Of a DNA stretch of 56,642 nucleotides, positions 1 through 9,073 are shown in pieces (positions within the stretch are counted from its first letter, which is position 1; every line of letters begins with the position of its first letter). Below the pieces are notes generated by a model that did not search any database, had not been told where the DNA came from, and was given only the letters and a program-made list of their open reading frames with translations. Source of the stretch: a virus (taxonomy: Duplodnaviria > Heunggongvirae > Uroviricota > Caudoviricetes). The translations under genes were made by a program, and so were the position numbers. The stretch lies in IMG/VR virus record IMGVR_UViG_2917461297_000001, positions 1 to 56,642 of that record; one strand, written 5' to 3'.

Positions 1-333
1 ATGAAAAAATTATTATTAACGCTTACTGTTTTATTTATTGGAATTGTATTAAGTGCTTGCACTGATTCAGAAATTAAGAAATTAAATGGTAAATGGGAGG
101 GATATGATGGGGAAACTCAAGCAATTATCACTGTGAAAAATGGTGAAGGGAAAATATTAGAAAATGACGGTTCTTCAAGCAATATAGATTCTAAAGCACA
201 ACCACATAAGTTTAAAATAACAAAAGAGGGAGAACAATTGCTTGCTATCGATGAAGAAGGAGATAAAGTTGACATTCAACTTGTTGGAGATAAATTAATA
301 ATAGGAGATATTCCTTTCACAAAAGTTGAATAA
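1..333 (+). CDS. Small lipoprotein, probable moron
   Basis: MKK + hydrophobic core + lipobox LSAC at the N-terminus; opposite strand to the late operon. Confidence 0.8.
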   Translation: MKKLLLTLTVLFIGIVLSACTDSEIKKLNGKWEGYDGETQAIITVKNGEGKILENDGSSSNIDSKAQPHKFKITKEGEQLLAIDEEGDKVDIQLVGDKLIIGDIPFTKVE

Positions 334-450
334 ATTACAATTTACTTTAAGATGATTTACTAATTATTTTCCACCAATCGGCTAACTTCCCATGATGGTC
401 TTGTTTGCATATTCATTCCACACAAACTTTTAATAATTCAAATTAAGTAG

Positions 451-479
451 TTGATTTATGACGTTTTATAGCTTATATT
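451..479 (+). promoter_or_regulatory. SigA-type promoter
   Basis: TTGATT (451-456), 17 bp, TATATT (474-479), upstream of the 544-723 ORF. Confidence 0.6.
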
Positions 480-487
480 ATTTATAT

Positions 488-520
488 AGAACATGTGTTC
501 GTTATAAGAACGAAAGTTCG
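488..520. promoter_or_regulatory. Two tandem LexA (SOS) boxes
   Basis: AGAACATGTGTTCG (488-501) and AGAACGAAAGTTCG (507-520) match the Firmicute GAAC-N4-GTTC box. Confidence 0.8.
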
Positions 521-543
521 TATGTAGTGGGAGGAATGTTTCA

Positions 544-723
544 ATGCCAAATGTAGCAGTAAAATTAGAAATCAATAACAAAATGACTGAGCAAGAAAAG
601 TTAATGTTCCAACAAGACAATATCGCTGATGTGATTACGATGTTGAGAAGCAAGTCGGGAAATACAATTATTCTTAAAAATGAGGATAGTTTTAAGGTTG
701 AGTATGATGTGATGAAGGGTTAG
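544..723 (+). CDS. 59-aa hypothetical protein, predicted SOS-inducible (not in ORF track)
   Basis: RBS GGGAGG at 529-534, ATG 544, TAG 721-723; MPNVAVKLEINNKMTEQEKLMFQQDNIADVITMLRSKSGNTIILKNEDSFKVEYDVMKG. Confidence 0.7.
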   Translation: MPNVAVKLEINNKMTEQEKLMFQQDNIADVITMLRSKSGNTIILKNEDSFKVEYDVMKG

Positions 724-752
724 TCTCTAAGAGGTTGTAAAAACAAAAAGAT

Positions 753-784
753 AAGGAGTTAGGCATAAGCGCTTAACTCCTTTT
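753..784. terminator. Bidirectional intrinsic terminator between convergent genes
   Basis: AAGGAGTTAGGC-ATAAGC-GCTTAACTCCTT inverted repeat with flanking A/T runs. Confidence 0.75.
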
Positions 785-790
785 ATGATT

Positions 791-2251
791 CTATCCATAA
801 GATTTAATATTTAAAGTACCCCATAATGTTTTGTCAACTTTAACTTTACCAGTTTTACCAATCTTACCAATTGGCATATAAAATTTACCAGCTGACGGAT
901 TAGTAGGGTACTCAAAGCGAATCCACCAATAACCGTCTTTCTTAATTAATCTATCAAACGGCACCCATTGGTTCGGGTAAATCCATGAATTTACATCTAC
1001 TTTAGCTGCATTTAATCCAACTGAACGTCTAACAACAATAGGCTGACTGTTACTAGCAAATGTAGTAAATCGACCTTTCCATGCCCATTCAGTTTTAGGT
1101 TTATTCCTATTATTAGCGGCAGGCGCTGGTTTCTTATTAGTCACTTTAGCGACAACTTTTTTCACTGCCACTTTTGCTTTATCTTTTGTTGGTTGTTTAA
1201 CAGACTCTAGTTTCCCACCATGAATATCCTCAGCAATACTACGAGTGTACGACTCAAGATTGTTAATAATGTTATTCATGTCTTTAACACTTGTGATGAA
1301 ACCAAGCTCTGCTAAACGATAGTTTACACCTTTATTTTTTGCAACGTTGACGTTTAATAAATTATCTCTAGGGTCAATATTTCTAATAGTGCCAACAAAA
1401 TGATAGATAGTGTTTTGAATAGCCTTATCTAGAGTGTCAGGTACTAATCCTAAACCAATAATAACATGACCACCACTAGCTTGAGCACCAGCGGCATCTA
1501 AATGGAATTCAGTTACATTATCGAAGCCTTGTCTAGCTACCCAATACATACCATAGTCTGAATAGTTACCTACCATTTCGCCATATCGAGTGTCTTGGAA
1601 TAAGTCTTGGTTCATTGTTTCTCCGCCATAAAGATGTACATCATGTCCAACTTTTCGTAAATGTTTTGCTACATTAGGCACAATATTTTTACGAATAAAG
1701 TCACGTTCATTATATCCATTAGCAGCAGCACCACTATCATTAGACCAATAACCTAAACCATGCCCAGCAACTAATAAGATTTTCTTTTTGGACAAGTTAC
1801 CACTTCCTTCGCTTTTATACTTAGGTCTTACAAATTTCATATCGTATTCATAACTATGTTTTCTTCGTGTTGTTACTTCGGTCTTATTCATTCCTCCACC
1901 AAACCAGTTTTGCTCTAGCAAGACGATGTAATCCAAAGTAGCTTCAATCACGATTCCTACATGTCCATATCCACCACCGAAACGACTACTGAATATTGCT
2001 AAATCACCTTTTTCAGCCAAGAACTCAGGCGTATTTGGATATATGTATGCTTCTTGAGTTAAGTCATTCCATCTCGGGTCAGGAATATCTTTTGCACCTT
2101 CACCTTTAAGACCATGACCAAAGATATAATTCCAGTAATAGTTAGCAACATCGAAACATTGCCAACCAGCAAAATTGTCAAAGTCTAAACCTTTGCCTTC
2201 TAAGCTAAGTGCATAATTTATTGCTTCTTGTTTTGTTTTAGAAGGAGCCAT
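791..2251 (-). CDS. Endolysin: CHAP + N-acetylmuramoyl-L-alanine amidase (Amidase_3) + SH3b cell-wall binding domain
   Basis: CHAP QCFD...YGHV..V..QNW; amidase LVAGHG...NERDF...EFHLDAAG...SGGHVI...YRLAELGFIT; SH3b-like C-terminus (DGYWWIRF); same layout as staphylococcal phage endolysins. Confidence 0.93.
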   Translation of the reverse strand: MAPSKTKQEAINYALSLEGKGLDFDNFAGWQCFDVANYYWNYIFGHGLKGEGAKDIPDPRWNDLTQEAYIYPNTPEFLAEKGDLAIFSSRFGGGYGHVGIVIEATLDYIVLLEQNWFGGGMNKTEVTTRRKHSYEYDMKFVRPKYKSEGSGNLSKKKILLVAGHGLGYWSNDSGAAANGYNERDFIRKNIVPNVAKHLRKVGHDVHLYGGETMNQDLFQDTRYGEMVGNYSDYGMYWVARQGFDNVTEFHLDAAGAQASGGHVIIGLGLVPDTLDKAIQNTIYHFVGTIRNIDPRDNLLNVNVAKNKGVNYRLAELGFITSVKDMNNIINNLESYTRSIAEDIHGGKLESVKQPTKDKAKVAVKKVVAKVTNKKPAPAANNRNKPKTEWAWKGRFTTFASNSQPIVVRRSVGLNAAKVDVNSWIYPNQWVPFDRLIKKDGYWWIRFEYPTNPSAGKFYMPIGKIGKTGKVKVDKTLWGTLNIKSYG

Positions 2252-2275
2252 TAAATCACCTCATTTTGTGTAAAT

Positions 2276-2304
2276 AAAAAAAGCTGACCGTAATTAGCCA
2301 GCTT
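2276..2304 (-). terminator. Intrinsic terminator upstream of the endolysin
   Basis: Minus strand AAGCTGGCTAATTACGGTCAGCTT followed by a T run. Confidence 0.7.
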
Positions 2305-2320
2305 GCGTTAATGTATTCTT

Positions 2321-2725
2321 TTAGATTTCAGATATTGTTAATGTTGGTGTGCCAGTGTATACTTCACTCATTGTTACGTAAACCACACCCTCAGGGTTGC
2401 TTACAGTTTTTATAATTGCGGCAACACCACCATTTACTCCCGATACACCTAAGTCAGTGTTTCCTAAACGTGTTTGAGACACTCGCATAATTCCATTTTT
2501 AACGTTTGAAACACTTATATGATAATTTTTGTTCGGTGTTACACCTTGAATAGTCCAGTTAGCAGTTGTGCCGCTCATATAATCGGGAGTTTTATTGTTT
2601 GGGAGCGGAAGAGGGGTGAAGTTGACTTGTTTCTTCCATAATTCGACCCCTCCGTAGTATAACTTATCAAATTCTACGCCTTGAAAGAACAATTTATCAG
2701 TATTATTGAGGTCTAAAATTGCCAT
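2321..2725 (-). CDS. Fibre-associated protein resembling the small gene after the collagen fibre in S. aureus siphophages (80alpha gp69-like)
   Basis: TANWTIQGVTPNK...NGIMRVSQT.LG..DLGVSGVNGGVA...NPEGVVYVT.SEVYTGTPTLTI recognised from staphylococcal phage proteins; adjacent to the fibre gene. Confidence 0.7.
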   Translation of the reverse strand: MAILDLNNTDKLFFQGVEFDKLYYGGVELWKKQVNFTPLPLPNNKTPDYMSGTTANWTIQGVTPNKNYHISVSNVKNGIMRVSQTRLGNTDLGVSGVNGGVAAIIKTVSNPEGVVYVTMSEVYTGTPTLTISEI

Positions 2726-2729
2726 AAAA

Positions 2730-4775
2730 TCACCCTTTTATCAGATAAATAGTATTATCATCTTTTGTTGATAAGCGGTCATAACCGGCTTGAGAACCTG
2801 TCCATACGGTGAAACTTCTACCATCTCTACCGTCAGTACCATTCTTTACATCAATGGACTTATTATCACTAAATGTGATTCTGTTGCCCGTTGCAGTAGG
2901 CGTAATACTCTTGATAGAAATTGAGGTACCATCTTTACCATTAGCACCTCTATCTCCTGTATCACCTTTTGCACCATGAGGAATGTCTGCAGTCTTACCA
3001 TCAGAAAAAGTAACACGAGTCACTTTGGTAGTAGTGCCACCGCCTAACCAACCCCAACCACCCGTAGTAATTGAAGTTTCCTCAATATTTGAGATTTCAA
3101 CATTCTTACCGTCTCTACCGGCAGCGCCTTGAAGTCCACGTTCACCAGTAGCACCTGTAGCACCAGCGTCTCCTTTAGCACCCTTAGGAATAGTAACTCT
3201 TGTGTTGTCACTAAATGTGATTACAACATTGCCGTCTGAATTTGTAACTGTATTGGTAATTGTAATTGATTTACCATCTTTACCGTCTAAACCATTTGTA
3301 ACTTGTTGTAAGCGTTCTTCCAATCCAGTAATATGTTGTACTTCATGGTTATGCGATAGTGGGGCATACACACCGTTATGGTTATGATTCTTTAACGCAA
3401 ACTTTTCATCTGCCTCAGCTTTATAGTTTTCTAAACTTTCAGTAGATGCTGATTCAACTTTTTGACTCAATTGTTCTGATAACCCAGTAATATCGCTGAT
3501 ACTGTGAGTATGCTGTTTGTTAGCTTTTGATTGTAATCCTTCCTCAAGCTCAGTAGTAGCTGCTTTAGATGAAATTTGTTTAACAAGAGAGGCACTTAAT
3601 GCACTATCTTCTTGCAATTTTTGAGCAATCTCGTTTAACGTGTTTAAATTCTCTGGTGCACTATCAATAAGCTCTTCAATCTTTCTATCAACATACTGTT
3701 GGTTTTGCTGAGTTACTTGAGGAGCGACACCTTCAATTTTACGATTGATTTCAGCTAACTCTTGTTGTCTTAAGCGAGTTATTTGTTGTTCAGTCGATTG
3801 TTCAATTAAACTTAACTTTTCTTTTAAGCCAGCTACATTATCCATTGGAACATCACTCAAGGCTTCAACTCGTGCTTTAACTTCTGTTAATTCATCATCA
3901 ATCTTCCAGAATCCAGTGTCTTCATCAATAGTTACGACACTGCCGTCTCGTCCATTTTCACCTTTTAGTCCTCTTTCACCACGCTCGCCATTAATCCCTT
4001 TTGGAATAGAAATGACAGTGTTGTCAGAAAACGTAATTTTGACATTAGATGGGTCACTATCATTGTCTATATTGTTGATAGTTAATGAGATGCCATCTTC
4101 ACCTTTGTTACCCTTAGGAATTGTGATAGTTTCGCCAGTGCTAAATGTAATTTTCTTATCGCCATTGCCTAAAGTCTCAGTATTAGATATTGTTACGCTA
4201 GTACCGTCAGCTCCACGTTCACCCGTTAAACCACGAATACCGGCTTCACCACGTTCTCCTCTTAGCTTGTGACCATTCTCGGCTAAATATTTTTGCACTT
4301 GGTTTGATAATAAAGCGTCAATTTGCTCTTGTACTTGTGGAAGAACTTTAGAAAGGATATTACTTTCAATAGCTTCAACAGTTTCAAGGCTGATAATATC
4401 TTCTTGAGCAATATCAGCAGACGGGTTGATTCTGACACTCAAACTATTAGCAGAAGGATAAACTTTACCATCATATAAAATCTCTAAGAAATATGTTCCG
4501 ACAGGTAATACTTGATTGATAGTTAATGCAATAGCACCATTCTTTACTTCAAAACTTTGTTTAAACACAACTGTGTTCTTACTTGTTGATAAGTAAACAG
4601 TGGCTCGCTGACTCGAACTTTCAGCTGCATACTCTTTTAATGACTTGTGAGACTTTACTCCCGCATTGTTGATAAGTTTAATTAAGATAGGGGAAGTATC
4701 ACCTTGTTTTAATTGAATAGATGACACTTCTTTGAAGTCCACATAAATTAATTCATTTAATAAATTTTTAGCCAA
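2730..4775 (-). CDS. Collagen-repeat tail side fibre (80alpha FibU/gp68-like) with baseplate-binding N-terminus
   Basis: Multiple G-X-Y runs, DSAPENLNTL.EIA motif, H-x-H fibre repeats, C-terminal WTGSQAGYD...KDDNTIYLIKG; TTG start with AAGGAG RBS. Confidence 0.8.
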   Translation of the reverse strand: MAKNLLNELIYVDFKEVSSIQLKQGDTSPILIKLINNAGVKSHKSLKEYAAESSSQRATVYLSTSKNTVVFKQSFEVKNGAIALTINQVLPVGTYFLEILYDGKVYPSANSLSVRINPSADIAQEDIISLETVEAIESNILSKVLPQVQEQIDALLSNQVQKYLAENGHKLRGERGEAGIRGLTGERGADGTSVTISNTETLGNGDKKITFSTGETITIPKGNKGEDGISLTINNIDNDSDPSNVKITFSDNTVISIPKGINGERGERGLKGENGRDGSVVTIDEDTGFWKIDDELTEVKARVEALSDVPMDNVAGLKEKLSLIEQSTEQQITRLRQQELAEINRKIEGVAPQVTQQNQQYVDRKIEELIDSAPENLNTLNEIAQKLQEDSALSASLVKQISSKAATTELEEGLQSKANKQHTHSISDITGLSEQLSQKVESASTESLENYKAEADEKFALKNHNHNGVYAPLSHNHEVQHITGLEERLQQVTNGLDGKDGKSITITNTVTNSDGNVVITFSDNTRVTIPKGAKGDAGATGATGERGLQGAAGRDGKNVEISNIEETSITTGGWGWLGGGTTTKVTRVTFSDGKTADIPHGAKGDTGDRGANGKDGTSISIKSITPTATGNRITFSDNKSIDVKNGTDGRDGRSFTVWTGSQAGYDRLSTKDDNTIYLIKG

Positions 4776-4824
4776 TTTTGTAATTCTCCTTTAATTGAAT
4801 ATTCTGTATGAGGCAACATAATAA

Positions 4825-5145
4825 TTATTTGTTTCCTTCTCGAATATCAATATCATCGCCTAATGGTCTGTTCTTAATTTGTGATAATGTACCACCAGTT
4901 GCTTTAGCATATTTCTTTTCTGCTTTGTACTTGTTCAATTTATCTTGCGCACGCTTAGCTTCAGAAGTAACGTTGTTATTCTTGTACCAAATCATAAAAG
5001 AAGAATAACCACCAATAATTAAGTTAATCGCTTGTTCAACATCACCTTCAACGAATGGGAGAGGATTATAGCCACGTGCTAATAAAACTTGGTTAATTGC
5101 TGCGTACACGAATAATGCCGTTCTAATAATCATTTTAATATCCAT
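4825..5145 (-). CDS. Holin, SPP1 family
   Basis: IIRTALF..A.INQVL...GYNPLPF...WYKNNNVT..AK.AQ..L pattern, two hydrophobic segments, basic tail. Confidence 0.85.
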   Translation of the reverse strand: MDIKMIIRTALFVYAAINQVLLARGYNPLPFVEGDVEQAINLIIGGYSSFMIWYKNNNVTSEAKRAQDKLNKYKAEKKYAKATGGTLSQIKNRPLGDDIDIREGNK

Positions 5146-5180
5146 AAGTATTTATCACTCCATAATATTTAATAGTTAAA

Positions 5181-5209
5181 TAAAAAGAGGTAGTCATAAA
5201 GACCACCTC
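5181..5209 (-). terminator. Intrinsic terminator between tail genes and holin
   Basis: Minus strand GAGGTGGTC-TTTAT-GACTACCTC-TTTTTATTT. Confidence 0.75.
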
Positions 5210-5219
5210 AGTCAATTGA

Positions 5220-5276
5220 TTATTTGCAAATACCAAACCAGAAACATGCCCAGAATGAAGCTGCTAATTTAAACAT
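5220..5276 (-). CDS. 18-aa hydrophobic micropeptide MFKLAASFWACFWFGICK (not in ORF track)
   Basis: RBS AAAGGTGGTGA immediately upstream, ATG 5276, TAA 5222-5220, followed by a terminator. Confidence 0.65.
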   Translation of the reverse strand: MFKLAASFWACFWFGICK

Positions 5277-5297
5277 AAAATCACCACCTTTAATTAT

Positions 5298-5702
5298 TTA
5301 CATTAAACCAAAAGTCAATCGAACCCATGTCCAAACAAGTGTGCCTAATAATGAGAAACCCACACCGTAAATAGCCCATTTAAGTTTATTTCTTTCGTGC
5401 TTTTCGGATTCTTTATCTGCTTGTAGTAATTCAATTGAACTTTGTAATTTTTGTTGGGTAAGAGTGTTTGTAAAGATTGTTTCTTTAATAGTATCTACAC
5501 CATCAGCTATTTTGTCTGACTTTGTTGTTTGAGCATCGTTGTTTTTATCAATTTTGGTTTCAATCTCTTTGAACTTCTCATCAATCTTTCTCTCTATTTT
5601 TTCATCTTGCTCAGACATTTCCCTTTTCAAGTCTTTTAAATCAGCTTTTATATTTTTAACGTCGCTCTCAACGCTAGACACTCTGACCTCTAAACTTTGC
5701 AC
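5298..5702 (-). CDS. Coiled-coil protein with C-terminal transmembrane helix (XhlA/DUF2951-like lysis-associated protein)
   Basis: Heptad-rich N-terminus, WAIYGVGFSLLGTLVWTWV hydrophobic tail, AGGAGG RBS, position before holin. Confidence 0.65.
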   Translation of the reverse strand: MQSLEVRVSSVESDVKNIKADLKDLKREMSEQDEKIERKIDEKFKEIETKIDKNNDAQTTKSDKIADGVDTIKETIFTNTLTQQKLQSSIELLQADKESEKHERNKLKWAIYGVGFSLLGTLVWTWVRLTFGLM

Positions 5703-5751
5703 ACTATTATTCCTCCTAAATATAAATATAGTGGAATGAGCACCTTTATAT

Positions 5752-8487
5752 TTATTTTAATTTTCTTTCTAACTCTTCAATTTTTGCTTGTTGTTTTTGT
5801 ACGGCGTCCCATAACAATGAAGTCATTGTATATACATCGATAGCATCTCCTTCTTGAAGAGCTTCATCTACGTCCTCAAGGATTACACCATACTTAGTTT
5901 TTTTATATCCTTCTTCTAAATCAGATTTAAGATTATATTGTTTCACTTTAGTTTTCTTCAACAGTTCTAATGTGTCTAATTTTAAATCTTCAATGTTAGT
6001 TTTATATTTACGTGAAGATACAGAATTTAATTTGCTCGCACGAACTGGTTTGTAAGTGATTGACTTACCTCGGTTGTACCCTCGTTTATCCGTTACACGT
6101 AATTCACCATCAACGCCTACGTAGAATGAGTTACCACCAGTCTTAATACCAGATGAAATTAACACGTTTGAGTTTGCTAAGTTACCTGAACCCTCACCGT
6201 TAAAGTACACTGATTTCTTACCGTTTCGTGATGTAATCTTATCTGCTTGTACACGTCCGATGTTTAAAGTTACTGCTGCTGAAGCTGAACCTGATGCATC
6301 TAAACCATAAATAGTAGGGTTCTTAGACTTCATAAATCTGAAGCCTGCACCTAGCTTCTTGGATAAATCACCAAATACTAATCTACCTGAGTTATCTGAA
6401 CTTACACCGAAAGCAAATTCATTCGTTCCACTACGTAAGTTTTCATGTGGTCTTAATCTAATATCTGACTGGCGAGAACGTCCGTAAACTGTTGCTGCGG
6501 CATCAAGATGAATTTGTCCACCTGTAGCTTGTAACCCAATTGCACCAAAAGCCGAATACATTGTAAGCCCACGTGCTTTTGAATATGCATGTGAGAAGAA
6601 TTCAATAGTACCAGAAGAAACAATTCTTCCTTGGTGGTCATAGTTCTTACCTGAGCCATCACGGAAGGTGGAAATACCATCAGAAGAATAATACAATGAG
6701 CGCCATGTGTTGTATTGTCTCGTACCGTCTTTTTGCAAGTCATTCACAAAGTCATAACCGTAAGTTTCATTATCGATTAAGTCACCTTGTGGGTCGGAAA
6801 TACGTACCATACCATCTTCAATGTTAATCTCTTGAATCCTGTTACGTTTAATGCCATCACGCCATATACGCTCATAATAACCACGTGATTTAATAGCTCC
6901 ACCATTAATTTGGATAAAAGCATTAGGGTCAAGTTTATTTTCTGTGTTCTTAAACGAAGTCATACCATTGAAGTCGATGTTGCTTGCTTTAATTTTGATT
7001 CTTTCAGCTGATTGGTTGATTAATGATTTAACTTCTTCGGCACCGACTTTTCTACCGACAACGCTTTCTAATCCTTCTGCGGTCTGTGTGATTTGTGCGA
7101 ATTTTTCTGTGTTAGCTTGTCTATCACGCTCGTAGATGTTCTTTTTGACAACATTAGTACTCATTTCAGTTTCTAAGCCAGTGATTCTATCATTATGAGA
7201 ACCAAGTGTCCCATCAATGCGTCGAATTTCACCATCAACTCTCTTGAACTCATTCATAATATCCATATATGATGGTGTCCAAGTAGTAGGACGGTTACCT
7301 TCTTCTACTTTTAAGCTCATCGGTTGGATAACAATAGCGTTAGAATGTTTGAAATAAACATAATCTTTTCTTTCAGTAAGATGAGTAGTTGGAATACTTA
7401 ACTTATATTTTTTAAATTCGTTTGATGCTTCAATTTCTAAATCTTGAGACCATTCTAGGTTACCGATTTTAAAATTGAATGTTCCTTGTGTATTTGCTTT
7501 AGCATAAAATGATACTGAAGCAAAGTTGTTAGGTTCCACTTGTTTTTCTAATTTAATACCATAATAAGAGGAAGTTGTATAGCTACCAGTTGGAGTTACG
7601 GTAAGTTCTTTCTCGTCAGATTGATTAAACGTAAATGCGCTATCTGATGTAGTAGGGGTAAAGGTAGATTTAAAACTTGTTCCACCTAGTAAGTTTCTTC
7701 CACCTACTGTTAAAGCTCTTAGCTCGTCTCTTAAGTCGTCTGTAAGTTTCTTTACGACCACTTTATCTTCTTTAGTTCTGTAAATATCTTGAATAACCGA
7801 AGTGTCCCAACCAGCGATTGGTTCCCAATCCATTGCGTCGATTCCGTCATATCTGAATACTTTATTTTCATCAATTACATATAAGGTGTCACCATTGTTA
7901 GGATTAGGATATTGTTCACTTCGTTCCTGAATTGTCTTCACATAAGGAATCCAGTTCATCATTCGACTATCACCAGCTGTATTAGCGTAATCGCCAGCAG
8001 CATTTGCATAATCTCCACGGTCTTCAGCATATTCACCTTGACGTTGAGTGACTCGTCCAATTTCTTCAGTCTCAATGAACAACTCTTGTAACATTGTAAG
8101 TTCACTAACGTCACCAATTTGTTCTAAGTCCTCATATACTTCATAACGGAATACAAGCGATGTAACACGTTCTCTGTCTTTATATGAAGCAAATCGTGCT
8201 TTATATTTACCTGTATATTGCATATCGGCATGACGCAATTCATAAACAACAAATTGTTCACCGTCATAATGCGCTAATCCAGTATTGCGTGTGCCTGTTT
8301 CTTCATGTTCAATAGAGACAGTGAAACGCTCACCTTCTTCAAGTTCCATTTTTCTTCCGCCATCATACAACTCAATGTATAAATACGCTGAGTCATATTG
8401 CACAAATTTAATTTGAGGATTAGGATTTTGTTGCTTTACGTCTAACTTTAAAACGTATGTATTATTAAATTTTGGCACTAATAGCAC
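5752..8487 (-). CDS. Tailspike/receptor-binding protein: BppU-like N-terminus, CBM-like GGRNLL module, C-terminal S74 intramolecular chaperone
   Basis: C-terminus SSRKYKTNIEDL...YGVILEDV...DVYTMTSLLWDAVQKQQAKIEELE; RBS AAGGAG suggests GTG at 8478 as the real start. Confidence 0.85.
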   Translation of the reverse strand: MLLVPKFNNTYVLKLDVKQQNPNPQIKFVQYDSAYLYIELYDGGRKMELEEGERFTVSIEHEETGTRNTGLAHYDGEQFVVYELRHADMQYTGKYKARFASYKDRERVTSLVFRYEVYEDLEQIGDVSELTMLQELFIETEEIGRVTQRQGEYAEDRGDYANAAGDYANTAGDSRMMNWIPYVKTIQERSEQYPNPNNGDTLYVIDENKVFRYDGIDAMDWEPIAGWDTSVIQDIYRTKEDKVVVKKLTDDLRDELRALTVGGRNLLGGTSFKSTFTPTTSDSAFTFNQSDEKELTVTPTGSYTTSSYYGIKLEKQVEPNNFASVSFYAKANTQGTFNFKIGNLEWSQDLEIEASNEFKKYKLSIPTTHLTERKDYVYFKHSNAIVIQPMSLKVEEGNRPTTWTPSYMDIMNEFKRVDGEIRRIDGTLGSHNDRITGLETEMSTNVVKKNIYERDRQANTEKFAQITQTAEGLESVVGRKVGAEEVKSLINQSAERIKIKASNIDFNGMTSFKNTENKLDPNAFIQINGGAIKSRGYYERIWRDGIKRNRIQEINIEDGMVRISDPQGDLIDNETYGYDFVNDLQKDGTRQYNTWRSLYYSSDGISTFRDGSGKNYDHQGRIVSSGTIEFFSHAYSKARGLTMYSAFGAIGLQATGGQIHLDAAATVYGRSRQSDIRLRPHENLRSGTNEFAFGVSSDNSGRLVFGDLSKKLGAGFRFMKSKNPTIYGLDASGSASAAVTLNIGRVQADKITSRNGKKSVYFNGEGSGNLANSNVLISSGIKTGGNSFYVGVDGELRVTDKRGYNRGKSITYKPVRASKLNSVSSRKYKTNIEDLKLDTLELLKKTKVKQYNLKSDLEEGYKKTKYGVILEDVDEALQEGDAIDVYTMTSLLWDAVQKQQAKIEELERKLK

Positions 8488-8518
8488 TCCTTATTTATAG
8501 AGTAAAAGCCACAAGGAA

Positions 8519-8698
8519 TTATCCCTGTGACTCTTTCATTAATTCGTTTAATCTTGTTTTTAATAAGTCATTTTCTACTTCGAGCTCCATAGTATAATCA
8601 AGTTGGCTGGTCATACTACGCATAGCTTTGTCATATTTGGCTCTAAGATAGCCTAATTGACTTTTCAATTCTTCAGCACTTAACTCTTTATTGTCCAT
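8519..8698 (-). CDS. 59-aa coiled-coil hypothetical tail-associated protein (not in ORF track)
   Basis: ATG overlaps the upstream stop (TAATG at 8700-8696), GGAGG RBS; MDNKELSAEELKSQLGYLRAKYDKAMRSMTSQLDYTMELEVENDLLKTRLNELMKESQG. Confidence 0.75.
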   Translation of the reverse strand: MDNKELSAEELKSQLGYLRAKYDKAMRSMTSQLDYTMELEVENDLLKTRLNELMKESQG

Positions 8699-9054
8699 TA
8701 TAATCCTCCTTGAGCTGCTTTTAATCTTGCTAACTGTTCTTCAAGCTCTCTAATTCGTCTTTGTTCTGGAGTTTCTAACTCTTTATGCACAAAATCATAT
8801 CCAGCTCTAGGAACAAGTTCATATTTATTGTTGATAATTTTCACTCTTAAATCGTCTAATTGTTCGTATATATTTTCATCTATAATAAAAGTGATAGATG
8901 GGACGTCTAAAGAATTATCTGTCCCAACTGAACATCTTGAAAAGTTTCCTTCTTCATCAATGCTATTTAAAGCAATGGCTAGTATGTACAATTCAGTAAT
9001 GTATTTACCATTTTCATCTTGTACGCTATCATACGTTTTTATAGGTCTTAACAT
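8698..9054 (-). CDS. Hypothetical tail-module protein
   Basis: 118-aa ORF with AAGGTGA RBS, coupled to neighbours, C-terminal coiled coil. Confidence 0.7.
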   Translation of the reverse strand: MLRPIKTYDSVQDENGKYITELYILAIALNSIDEEGNFSRCSVGTDNSLDVPSITFIIDENIYEQLDDLRVKIINNKYELVPRAGYDFVHKELETPEQRRIRELEEQLARLKAAQGGL

Positions 9055-9073
9055 AATCTCACCTTACTCAATA

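Noticed and set aside
456-653. Minus-strand 65-aa ORF from the track
   Set aside because: Overlaps the better-supported plus-strand LexA-controlled gene and its promoter
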